Positions 51,222-61,158 of a stretch of 64,000 bases of DNA are shown here, piece after piece. The DNA is from an uncultured delta proteobacterium (lineage in GTDB: Bacteria > Desulfobacterota > Syntrophia > Syntrophales > UBA2192). The stretch lies in assembly GCA_963828305.1 (NCBI GenBank), contig CAWHEJ010000009.1, positions 16,984 to 80,983 on the forward strand, read 5' to 3'. Under the pieces are notes generated by a model. It did not search any database, was not told where the DNA came from, and saw only the letters and a list, made by a program, of their open reading frames with translations. Both the position numbers and the translations under genes were made by a program. The stretch's first letter is position 1, and each line of letters opens with the position of its first letter.

Positions 51222-52814
51222 ATGTCCGCACGCAATGTGGCTTTCGTGGCCTATCAAGATCAGCCAAACCTCGGTATTGGTTACCTCGCGAGTGTCCTCG
51301 TCAATGATGGTTTCCAAGTGGAGGTACTCGATTACCGGAAAGGTTTCGAGTCCATCCTGGAGCGCATCCGGGAGCTTGACCCGCTTTTCATCGGGCTCTC
51401 CGTCATCTTCCAGCACTATACACCGGACTTTGCCAATCTGGTGGCCTACCTGCGCGACAACGGAATTAAGCACCCCATCTGCGCCGGGGGACATTACCCA
51501 AGCCTAGAAAATAAAGCCTGTCTCAAGGAGATGCCCGGACTGGACTTCATCGTCCGCTTCGAGGGCGAGCAGACCCTGCTCGAGGTAGCCCGACAATTGC
51601 GCAACGGACGGAATTGGCGCAGCGTCCACGGCATTGCATACCTGAATGATGAGGCCGTTGTTGACATGCCGTTGCGGCCCTTGACACCGGATCTGGACAG
51701 CCTTCCGTTTCCGAAGCGCTGGAATTTCGACTTGCACTGCCTGGGAATCCGCGCCACAAGCATCCTGGCCAGCCGTGGGTGCCCCCGCAATTGCTCGTTT
51801 TGCAGCATCCGGATGTTTTACTCGATCCCGCCGGGCCCCGTGCGTCGATCGCGAACCCCGGAGAACGTGATCGAAGAGATGCGGCAGCTCTACCGGGATC
51901 AGGGTGTTCGCATCTTTCTCTTCCAGGACGATGATTTCTCCCTGATGAGCAAGCGTGATCGCGACTGGACGTGGCACTTTCTCGACTGTCTGAACCAGTC
52001 TGAAATGAAGGGGGCCATTTCGTGGAAAATCAGTTGTCGCTCCGACGAGGTCGAACCGAAAATATTCGCCGCTATGCGCGACGCGGGACTGATGTTTACC
52101 TATCTGGGAATTGAATCGGGCCACGAGGCAGGCCTGCGCGTCCTCAATAAGCATCTCACCGTGGCACAGAACGTACAGGCCGTTAAGACTCTAAAAAGCT
52201 TGGGGATTAGCTTTGATTTCGGGTTCATGCTGTTCGATCCGTCCAGCACCATCGATCGGGTATTGAAGAACATTCATTTCGTAAAACGGATTTGCGGCGA
52301 CGGCAGTGCGCCGGTGTCCTTCGCAAAAACCCTGCCCTACGCGGGAACGGACCTTGAACGTCAGATGAGCAAGGCGGGCCGACTTCGTGGCGATGTCGCC
52401 ACTCCTGATTACAGCTTCTTGGACCACCAAACCGAAGAGTGGTTCGGCTATCTTTGCGAGGTCTTCTACCCGTGGGTCTATGGCGGCCAGTCGCTTCAGG
52501 CCCAGCTCAGATGGGCTGCCTTCGAATTGGATGTGCTTGACCGGTTCTATAACAAAGCACCTGGCCTGGAAGAGCACAGAAAGAGGGTCCGCTTTCTCAC
52601 CCACTGGTACAATGAAATCTACTGCAGGATTGTCGAGGATTCCTCCGGGTATTTCCGCACGCCGCACGCTGAAAACTCCCATGCCCTGGCAGCTATTCGT
52701 TCAGCCTCAGAGCAACAGCGGAACTGGATTGAAGACCAGCTCGCTCTGCAACGCCGGGAGTTCTTCACCTCCGCCGAATTTCCTCTGGAACTTGTACTGG
52801 GCAACGTCGCGTAA
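51222..52814 (+). CDS. Cobalamin-binding radical SAM enzyme (class B methyltransferase-like)
   Basis: GGAGGT RBS; N-terminal B12 domain (LGIGYLASVL, GGHYPS, FEGE); SRGCPRNCSFC; DDDF; GIESG. Confidence 0.92.
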   Translation: MSARNVAFVAYQDQPNLGIGYLASVLVNDGFQVEVLDYRKGFESILERIRELDPLFIGLSVIFQHYTPDFANLVAYLRDNGIKHPICAGGHYPSLENKACLKEMPGLDFIVRFEGEQTLLEVARQLRNGRNWRSVHGIAYLNDEAVVDMPLRPLTPDLDSLPFPKRWNFDLHCLGIRATSILASRGCPRNCSFCSIRMFYSIPPGPVRRSRTPENVIEEMRQLYRDQGVRIFLFQDDDFSLMSKRDRDWTWHFLDCLNQSEMKGAISWKISCRSDEVEPKIFAAMRDAGLMFTYLGIESGHEAGLRVLNKHLTVAQNVQAVKTLKSLGISFDFGFMLFDPSSTIDRVLKNIHFVKRICGDGSAPVSFAKTLPYAGTDLERQMSKAGRLRGDVATPDYSFLDHQTEEWFGYLCEVFYPWVYGGQSLQAQLRWAAFELDVLDRFYNKAPGLEEHRKRVRFLTHWYNEIYCRIVEDSSGYFRTPHAENSHALAAIRSASEQQRNWIEDQLALQRREFFTSAEFPLELVLGNVA

Positions 52815-52989
52815 TTTTTATCTTGAAGGGCTGCGACGCAGAAGAATTGTTCAATATCATTCGCAGAACTACTGTCTTCCAAAAGACGTAACCGGTTGCT
52901 GTATCTACCGCTCCATTTCAATCGCAAATCTTCAGTACATGCTGGAATACAATGCCTGAGAAGTAGGTGAAATGAGTTTCCTCACAAAG

Positions 52990-53030
52990 AATCACCTCAT
53001 CCGGCATTCAGGGTACCGGATGAGGTGATT
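52990..53030. terminator. 15-bp inverted repeat downstream of the radical SAM gene
   Basis: AATCACCTCATCCGG...CCGGATGAGGTGATT. Confidence 0.65.
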
Positions 53031-53080
53031 ATGGGGAAAGAGGAGGGGGTATCTCTGCTCGAGCCCTGAAATTTACAGGC

Positions 53081-53275
53081 TCACGCAATTCTTTTAGGTG
53101 GCGGTTCCTCGAAGTACCGCCTGACTGATGCCATGATCGAAAGCTCCAAGTCTCCCATTTTCCCTCTGTCGTCCCTGAAATAGCGCTGCATGGTATCTAC
53201 AATGCTTGATTCCATGCTCGACCGTTTATATGTATCGCTCTCCGTTGTTTTACCGGGCGTCAGCATCTCTTTCAT
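53081..53275 (-). CDS. Small hypothetical protein (64 aa)
   Basis: AGAGGT RBS; C-terminus RYFEEPPPK also occurs as a DNA relic at ~35854. Confidence 0.5.
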   Translation of the reverse strand: MKEMLTPGKTTESDTYKRSSMESSIVDTMQRYFRDDRGKMGDLELSIMASVRRYFEEPPPKRIA

Positions 53276-53649
53276 ATGCTTACCTCTACTGGATTCGTTT
53301 TGAAGAGATTGAGCACGTTCGTTCTTAGTGTTTGCTTCCTGAAGTTGCTTGACGATGAGCGGTCATCATGATCGCTTCTTTGTACCTAATATCCTGCTGA
53401 TCGGCATGAAGGGTTTCATTTGCGTATTCCGCGGACGATCCAGAATATAGCGCCGATAATGATGACAACAAACAGAATGTAAAGTAGTAAATCCACGGAT
53501 GGCTCCTTATCGAATCGTATTGATGAAGTTTCGATATCGAACCCTGAGGACATCGAGTGCATGGTCATTGTCGGGGAGTTCAAACAACACACTGAAACCC
53601 GCACGAAGCGCTCGCACTTCACTGGCCAGAAACTTTCCGCGAAGGCATC

Positions 53650-54245
53650 TCGGTCGATCCCGATGATTTGCGGCCCCGGGGTTCCCGCTCGCCGCAGTTG
53701 CACCTCAAGGTACTGCTTCTCCAGCGCCTTGATCGTCTTCCAGTCCAGATGGGTCTCCCGGGCCACATCCCGGATTGTCGAAACACGGCACCGTCGTCCC
53801 ACCCAGAAGGAAAAGCGCTTCGTGTAGAACGGGTTGTCGGCCAGCCACTTCAGGCTCTCCTGCTTCACTTTCCCGCAACTCCGGCAAAATACGCGTCGGA
53901 TCTCCACATCCAGCCAGACGCGACGGTCGCCGCAGGAAAGATCCCGAACCCGACGCACCTTGCGGTCGTAAAACGTCCGGCATGTCTGTCCGCAGGCCCC
54001 GCAAATCGTTTTTTTCCCCGGCGGCGCAGCTTGATGACCAGGGCCTTCGGATCACCGAAGATCCCCGATACCCCGGGCTCCGGTGTAAACTCCGGAAACC
54101 GATACGCGTCCCACAATCGTTTCGTTTTTCGCATCTGGAGTTCATATCATATTTTGTCGGCGTCAAAAAGAGTGCAGACCCTTGCAGGTCAAGATTTTGC
54201 AGCTTAAAAACCCGTTAGTTTACCCACTCGATTGGGAGAAGATCC
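53650..54245 (-). mobile_element. Truncated ISL3-family element
   Basis: End GGATCTTCTCCC; short ORF ending at an A7 slippery run (54009-54015), then zinc finger/RRVRDL..., TKRF, and IGID where it breaks off. Confidence 0.85.
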
Positions 54246-54777
54246 CTATTTTTTAAAACATGATTTGCAAGCCTTCTGCAATCGGGCCCAGGATGAATGA
54301 CATGATCCAAATGCCTTAACGCGGTTTCATAAAAAGGATGAGAAATGAGCGAGCACCCGAACAGGAACACGATTTTCTTTACGCTGAAACCGGCTGCTCA
54401 GTTTCGCCTCGATTACATCGTCTGGGCCCTCAGGATGCGCAATGGATAAAAAAGATAACATCCTGATTTTATGGAACAATCATTTACGTGTTGCCAATAT
54501 CCGTTTTTTCGTTTCCATGCCTTGATCCCCTCGTAAAACCTCCTCTGCATTACCGATTGAAAGTCTGAGGCGCTGCACCAAGGAAGGCCGTTCAGACGGC
54601 AGAAACGGCTTCAGCAGCTTGAAGATTACGGATAGTAAGGTGGTTATTTTGAGGTCTACAAAAGGGCTCTTCAGGTGGCGTCGGGAGGGCTCATTTGGAT
54701 CAGCTCTGCGTATAGCTTGAAGTTGTTGAAATCGGATTTCGGCTGATTGTGTATATTGCAATCGATAATCGTTAGAA

Positions 54778-54815
54778 CGTAAGAAGGCAGAGCCAATCGA
54801 CTCTGCCTTCTTACG
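54778..54815. terminator. 15-bp inverted repeat
   Basis: CGTAAGAAGGCAGAG...CTCTGCCTTCTTACG downstream of the receiver gene. Confidence 0.65.
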
Positions 54816-54841
54816 CTCATCGTCACGAATGGGCCTGCCTA

Positions 54842-55246
54842 TTACCTTTTTACTGCTAAGGGCTTCCTTGAGCGTGCTACCCTGTGGATGGTTTTTGACA
54901 TTTCTTCGAAATTATCACCCTTCACAATGTATCCCAGTGCACCGGCACGCATCATTTCCGCATAGAAGATGGTATCGGAATATACGGAAAGAGCCAGAAT
55001 CTTCATCCCGGGCCTATTGGCAACAATCCGTCGCGTTGCTTCGATTCCGTCCATGACTGGCATCTTGATGTCCATGATGATGACATCGGGTTGAAGGTCA
55101 TCGGCTAATGTGATCGCTCTCTGACCGTTTTCCGCCTCACCGACCACCTCCATGTCGGCCTCACGGTTGATCAGCATCTTGAGCCCGTCGCGGCACAACT
55201 CGTGATCGTCAACAATCAGGATGCTTGTCTTCGCAATATCTCCCAT
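54842..55246 (-). CDS. NarL-type receiver domain without HTH
   Basis: ILIVDDH, MDIKMP, GALGYIVK; ends after the receiver. Confidence 0.88.
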   Translation of the reverse strand: MGDIAKTSILIVDDHELCRDGLKMLINREADMEVVGEAENGQRAITLADDLQPDVIIMDIKMPVMDGIEATRRIVANRPGMKILALSVYSDTIFYAEMMRAGALGYIVKGDNFEEMSKTIHRVARSRKPLAVKR

Positions 55247-55492
55247 GATTAATTATCAAATGCCAGACAAGAATACTATGTAGTCAATACCTTAGGTTTC
55301 TAATGATTTGGAGTATCTGGATTCCGACCCCCGCCGTCTATTTTGTCTGCTCAATAATCAACAGATGTTCCAGCATTCCGTCACATTTTGCCAGATTTAG
55401 CTTGACTTGCATCCCCCTGATAGTATTGAGTTGTGCAAATTTATCAGGCAATCATCAGTTATTCGGCACCATCGACTGGTAAGGGGGCTTAT

Positions 55493-55792
55493 ATGTCAAG
55501 GGAAGTCGATATAAAGCTTGATATGATAAGGGTTTATTTCAAACATCGCATTGCCGATTGTTCATCCGAAGACTCTTATGATGATAAACTGGGATTGCAT
55601 ATTTTCCAGCTCCACTGCAAAGGAGATCCCACCAGCGTTCACGTATCGCGTGAGTTCATCGATGCGCATTCACCAGCCGAAATTCTCACGACTCTTATGC
55701 GGCTCCAACCGGAGAATTATATCCGAGGGATAAATACAGGCCACATCAAAATTACAATTGATGGCGTTAAGGTGGAGTCAAATAAGATTTAG
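55493..55792 (+). CDS. Hypothetical protein
   Basis: AAGGGGG RBS, open frame of 99 aa. Confidence 0.55.
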   Translation: MSREVDIKLDMIRVYFKHRIADCSSEDSYDDKLGLHIFQLHCKGDPTSVHVSREFIDAHSPAEILTTLMRLQPENYIRGINTGHIKITIDGVKVESNKI

Positions 55793-55917
55793 CCCCTCTG
55801 CACTTCTGAACTTGTAGTAATTAGTTTCTACCTGCATTTCATCCGGAAATCTTCAACATACTCGTCTTACTGACTCGTGTACTCGGAGGTGTAAGCGTTT
55901 TTCTCTGGATTCACTTG

Positions 55918-55946
55918 AAAAAAGAAAACCCCTCTTCCGAGGGGTC
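55918..55946 (-). terminator. Rho-independent terminator downstream of tmRNA, within the element arm
   Basis: Minus strand ACCCCTC-GGAA-GAGGGGT followed by a T-rich tract; hairpin copy at 48345-48362. Confidence 0.7.
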
Positions 55947-56016
55947 TGGGGACGGCCGTAAATACTGGCTTTCAAAATTGGCAAAACTGTAAGTACATGA
56001 TATAATTAAACATTTT

Positions 56017-56373
56017 TGGTGGAGGCGGCGGGAGTCGAACCCGCGTCCGGAAACCTTCAGCTGCAGCTTCTACACGCTTAGTCCCCGATTTAAGGTTCGC
56101 CTCGGAGGCCTCCCGGGGACGGGATCCCTCGTCGGCTATCCTGTGTTTGGTTTCGCCTCACCCGCCACAGGAGATCAGGGTCGGCTATCCTGGCTGATTT
56201 TACGCCCTGTTCGAGCCGTCAGGAAAACCCGGCAGGACGAGGCTACTTAAGCAGCCTGTGCGTAAACGTAGTCGTTGGCGTTTACAGTTTTTCTACCTGT
56301 TTAAGGAGCCCGGTAGAAACCTCCGCGTGCGACTGTCAGCATCAATTATCCCCGTCGAAACCGTGGCGCCCCC
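56017..56373 (-). ncRNA. ssrA: tmRNA; encoded tag ANDYVYAQAA* (56247-56279)
   Basis: 5' GGGGGCGCCACGGTTTCGACGGGG; 3' GGGTTCGACTCCCGCCGCCTCCACCA; tag frame present; smpB nearby. Confidence 0.96.
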
Positions 56374-56406
56374 ACTTGTACATCGGCAAGGAACAATTTC
56401 AGCTTT

Positions 56407-56435
56407 AATCTAGCTTGCCTGCAGCGGGAAGTCAA
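56407..56435 (-). promoter_or_regulatory. Sigma-70 promoter of ssrA
   Basis: TTGACT-N17-TAGATT. Confidence 0.7.
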
Positions 56436-56448
56436 GCAGGGATACAGG

Positions 56449-56757
56449 CTACCGGTCGGGGATCTCCATCTCGAGGATGGCCGAGCTGAGGGACTTGCCG
56501 TGAGGGTCCAGCGCCAGCGACCGGGTGACCCCTCCGCCGAGGGCCTCCTGGAGGACAAAGTTGAGCGCTTCGATGTTCGGCATCTCGTATCGGGCGACCC
56601 CCCCTCTGACAAGCCCCGCGAAATGGGCCTTCACGCGCTCCACCGTGACATGGCGCACCAGGTGCGGGTAATCCTCGGCGCGAAAAGCGATGACCGAGAT
56701 GTTGGCCGTGTTCCCTTTGTCGCCGGCCCGGGCGTGGGCGATGTCCCTCAGTTTCAT
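56449..56757 (-). CDS. AtuA-related small ferredoxin-fold protein
   Basis: AHARAGDKG, LGGGVTRSL.LDPHGK. Confidence 0.85.
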   Translation of the reverse strand: MKLRDIAHARAGDKGNTANISVIAFRAEDYPHLVRHVTVERVKAHFAGLVRGGVARYEMPNIEALNFVLQEALGGGVTRSLALDPHGKSLSSAILEMEIPDR

Positions 56758-56758
56758 G

Positions 56759-58099
56759 TCAGATCTCCTCGATATGGAGGGTTGTCTTGATGAGGGAGCG
56801 CGGGATCAGCGCGGAGAGCATGGCGATGACCTCCCGGGCGGCTTTCGCCGCTCCTCCCCCCCCGGCAGGCCCGTTGGTGTAGAGTGTCTCCACCTCGTTG
56901 CCGATCCGGAGGGCTTCGTCCAGGGTGCGGGTCCTGCCCGCCACCCGCAGGCGAACTTCGTAAGGCTCCCCCCTGTCGCGGGGGATATTTTGCCCGTGAA
57001 GCGAATCGACACCGATGAGGTCCGTGCGGATCTCGTCATGACGGATACCCGCGAGTTTCAGGCGCTCGAGGACAATGTCCCTCGCGAGTTTCGCCCGGGC
57101 GACTGCCCCGGCTCCGCCGTAGCTGATCTGCCCCTCCCCGATGTAGCCGTCCAGGCAGCTTATGCAGACCTTGAGGGAGTCTGTCCGAGGGCATCCCCTG
57201 CCACCACGGACCGTTACGGCATCTTCTCCTGACGCTTCAATCGTGACCCCCGTGAAGTCCGCCACCACGTCCGGCGTGATGTACTGCGAGGGGTCGTGGA
57301 TTTCGTAGAGGAGTTGCTCCTTGCAGGTGGCCGGAGTCACGCGGCCGCCGGAGCCCTTCACCTTGGTGATGACGGCCACGCCTTCTTCCGACACCTCGGC
57401 GAAGGGAAAACCGAGCCGGGCCAGATCAGGCACCTCCTTGAGGCCCGGGTCGGCAAAATACCCCCCCGTCACCTGGCCTGCGCACTCCAGGAGATGGCCC
57501 ACAACGGTGCCCTGCCCCAGACGATTCCAGTCGTCCGAGCGCCAGCCGAATTCGAACATCAGCGGCGCGAGAAACAGGGAGGGATCGGCAACACGGCCCG
57601 TGATGACGACATCGGCGCCCTTCTGCAGGGCCTCGCTGAGGGGCTCTGCGCCCAGGTAGGCATTGGCCGAGACGAGCCGGTCCTTGAGCCCCGAGACCCG
57701 CTCTCCGGTTTCGACGATGATGGGATTTTCCCGCAGGATCAGATCGAAGACGTCGTCACCGGTAACGGCCGCCAGCTTCAATCCCCTGATACCGAGCTGC
57801 ATTGCCTTCCTGCGGGTGGCCTCGAGGGCGCCCAGGGGGTTTGCCGCGCCCATGTTGGTGATGATTTTGATTCCCCGCTCCCGGCAGGCCGGAAGGACAG
57901 CTTCCATTCGTCTCCCGAGAAGCTCGTCGAAACCTTTCGCGGGATCGCGCCGGCGGGCCTGCAGGGCCAGCGCGATGGTCCGCTCCGCCAGGCACTCGAA
58001 GACGAGGTAACGGATCTCCCCCTTTTCGGCCAGCTCCATGGCCGGCTCGATCCGGTCCCCGGCGTAACCCGCCCCGCAGCCGATTCGTATTGTTTTCAT
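56759..58099 (-). CDS. Acyclic terpene utilization AtuA-family protein (DUF1446)
   Basis: GAGYAGDR, ECLAERT, TGRVADPS, GHLLECAGQ, EQLLYEIHDP. Confidence 0.9.
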   Translation of the reverse strand: MKTIRIGCGAGYAGDRIEPAMELAEKGEIRYLVFECLAERTIALALQARRRDPAKGFDELLGRRMEAVLPACRERGIKIITNMGAANPLGALEATRRKAMQLGIRGLKLAAVTGDDVFDLILRENPIIVETGERVSGLKDRLVSANAYLGAEPLSEALQKGADVVITGRVADPSLFLAPLMFEFGWRSDDWNRLGQGTVVGHLLECAGQVTGGYFADPGLKEVPDLARLGFPFAEVSEEGVAVITKVKGSGGRVTPATCKEQLLYEIHDPSQYITPDVVADFTGVTIEASGEDAVTVRGGRGCPRTDSLKVCISCLDGYIGEGQISYGGAGAVARAKLARDIVLERLKLAGIRHDEIRTDLIGVDSLHGQNIPRDRGEPYEVRLRVAGRTRTLDEALRIGNEVETLYTNGPAGGGGAAKAAREVIAMLSALIPRSLIKTTLHIEEI

Positions 58100-58176
58100 C
58101 CCTGCGCCTCAAAAAAAGGCCGGAGGCGATGGCCTCCAGCTTCCTGTTCCTTGACGAATCCCGGGCCTCCGGCCGA

Positions 58177-58647
58177 TCAGCGGCTTCTTCCCCGGATGGC
58201 CCGTTCCATCTCCCGCTTGTCCGTCCGTTTCTTCAGGTCTTGGCGCCGGTCATGAGTCTTCTTGCCGCGGCCCACGCCGAGCAGGATCTTCACCTTGCCG
58301 CTTTTGAAGTAGGCCTTGAGCGGGATCACCGACTGCCCCCTTTCCTGGGTCCTGCTGTAGAGTTTCCGGATCTCCTGCTTGTGCAGGAGGAGTTTGCGGA
58401 CCCGCAGGGGGTCGTGGTTCATGATGTTGCCGAAGGTATAGGGGCTGATGTTCATTTCGTAGAGGTAGACCTCGCCGTTTTTCACGCGGGCGAAGCTGTC
58501 CGTCAGGTTCCCCTTCCCTTCCCGGAGGGCCTTGACCTCGGTGCCCACCAGCGCGATCCCCGCCTCGTAGGTTTCCTCGATCTCGAAGTTCAGCCCGGCC
58601 GTCTTGTTCCGGCAGATCGGTTTTTCGCCTGATTCCTTCTTAGCCAC
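58177..58647 (-). CDS. smpB: SsrA-binding protein
   Basis: [30 protein letters not shown]. Confidence 0.96.
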   Translation of the reverse strand: MAKKESGEKPICRNKTAGLNFEIEETYEAGIALVGTEVKALREGKGNLTDSFARVKNGEVYLYEMNISPYTFGNIMNHDPLRVRKLLLHKQEIRKLYSRTQERGQSVIPLKAYFKSGKVKILLGVGRGKKTHDRRQDLKKRTDKREMERAIRGRSR

Positions 58648-59413
58648 TTTGTTTCCCTCGAGGCATGTAATCCTTCTTCACGTTCTTCATGGCACGAAAG
58701 AGGTTGTCCCGGATGAGATGGTTGTCTTTCTCCAGCATGTTGAGCAGCTCCTTGACGTAGCGCCTCCGGGAATTCCCGCTCGTGGGGCACCGGTTTGAGG
58801 CGACGGGAAACTGCCGCTCCCGGGCGAACTTCTTGACCAGCTCCTCGCGGACATAGGCCAGGGGCCGGATGATGTGAAGCGCCCCCCCGAAGATCTGCTG
58901 CTTCGGCATCATGGTGCTGATCTCGCGGCTGTAGAACATGTTCAGCAGCAGCGTCTCGATCATGTCGTCGCGGTGATGGGCCAGGGCGATCTTGTTGCAG
59001 CCCCGCTCACCGGCGATCTCGAAGATGCGTTTCCGTCTCAGCCTCGAACACAGAAAGCAGGGGTTCTTCTTGTTGTAATCGCTGTGAGACAGGGGACCGA
59101 TGTCCGTCCGGTCGATCACGCAGTCGACTTGCGTTTCCGTGAGGTAGGATTCAAGCCGGGCGCTGTCCTCGCCGCTCCCGTCGAATCCCAGATCGATATG
59201 CACCGCCAGGATGGAGTACTCCCCGGGGGTTGAGTACTTCGGGGTCCGCAGCAGATCGAGGAGGGCCATGCTGTCCGTCCCTCCCGAGACCCCAACGAGG
59301 ATGCGGTCGCCCGGCTCGATCATGCCGTAGTCCCTTGAGGCGGTCTCGAACCACTTGTTGAGGTGATTGTGAAGCCTGCTCCGTTTCTCCCCGTTCGGTT
59401 GCCTGTCGTTCAC
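58640..59413 (-). CDS. ttcA: TtcA-family tRNA thiolase (PP-loop)
   Basis: [24 protein letters not shown]. Confidence 0.88.
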   Translation of the reverse strand: MNDRQPNGEKRSRLHNHLNKWFETASRDYGMIEPGDRILVGVSGGTDSMALLDLLRTPKYSTPGEYSILAVHIDLGFDGSGEDSARLESYLTETQVDCVIDRTDIGPLSHSDYNKKNPCFLCSRLRRKRIFEIAGERGCNKIALAHHRDDMIETLLLNMFYSREISTMMPKQQIFGGALHIIRPLAYVREELVKKFARERQFPVASNRCPTSGNSRRRYVKELLNMLEKDNHLIRDNLFRAMKNVKKDYMPRGKQSG

Positions 59414-59570
59414 CGGATCGTTCCTTGCCCTGAGTCCGCATTTCCCAATAATTTATACCACATCGACAGGGCGAATCAAACACCAATCGGATGAGTGTCG
59501 GCAGCACTTCGGCTTGCAAAATGGCGGCGGATGCGCTAATCAGGGTTTGCTGAAGAGGAAAGAGACTTGT

Positions 59571-61044
<1,474 letters not shown>

Positions 61045-61078
61045 GGCTTCAGGCATCAGGCTACAGGCTACAGGAACT

Positions 61079-61117
61079 AAAAGAGGCCGATTCAGGTTGT
61101 CTGAATCGGCCTCTTTT
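61079..61117. terminator. Bidirectional terminator between eno and plsB
   Basis: AAAAGAGGCCGATTCAG-gttgt-CTGAATCGGCCTCTTTT, flanked by 7-bp tandem repeats. Confidence 0.85.
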
Positions 61118-61158
61118 CTATTTCCCTACACGCTACGCGCTACACGCGACACGCTGGT

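Larger units (their letters stand above)
48459..56016. mobile_element. tmRNA-integrated element A (~7.6 kb), no integrase visible
   Basis: Flanked by an exact 26-bp direct repeat of the tmRNA 3' end. Confidence 0.8.

Noticed and set aside
53416-53650. Hydrophobic C-terminus of ORF 53416-53958 as a transposase-membrane fusion
   Set aside because: The ISL3 transposase is truncated at IGID and the frame runs into unrelated DNA, possibly a separate tiny ORF.
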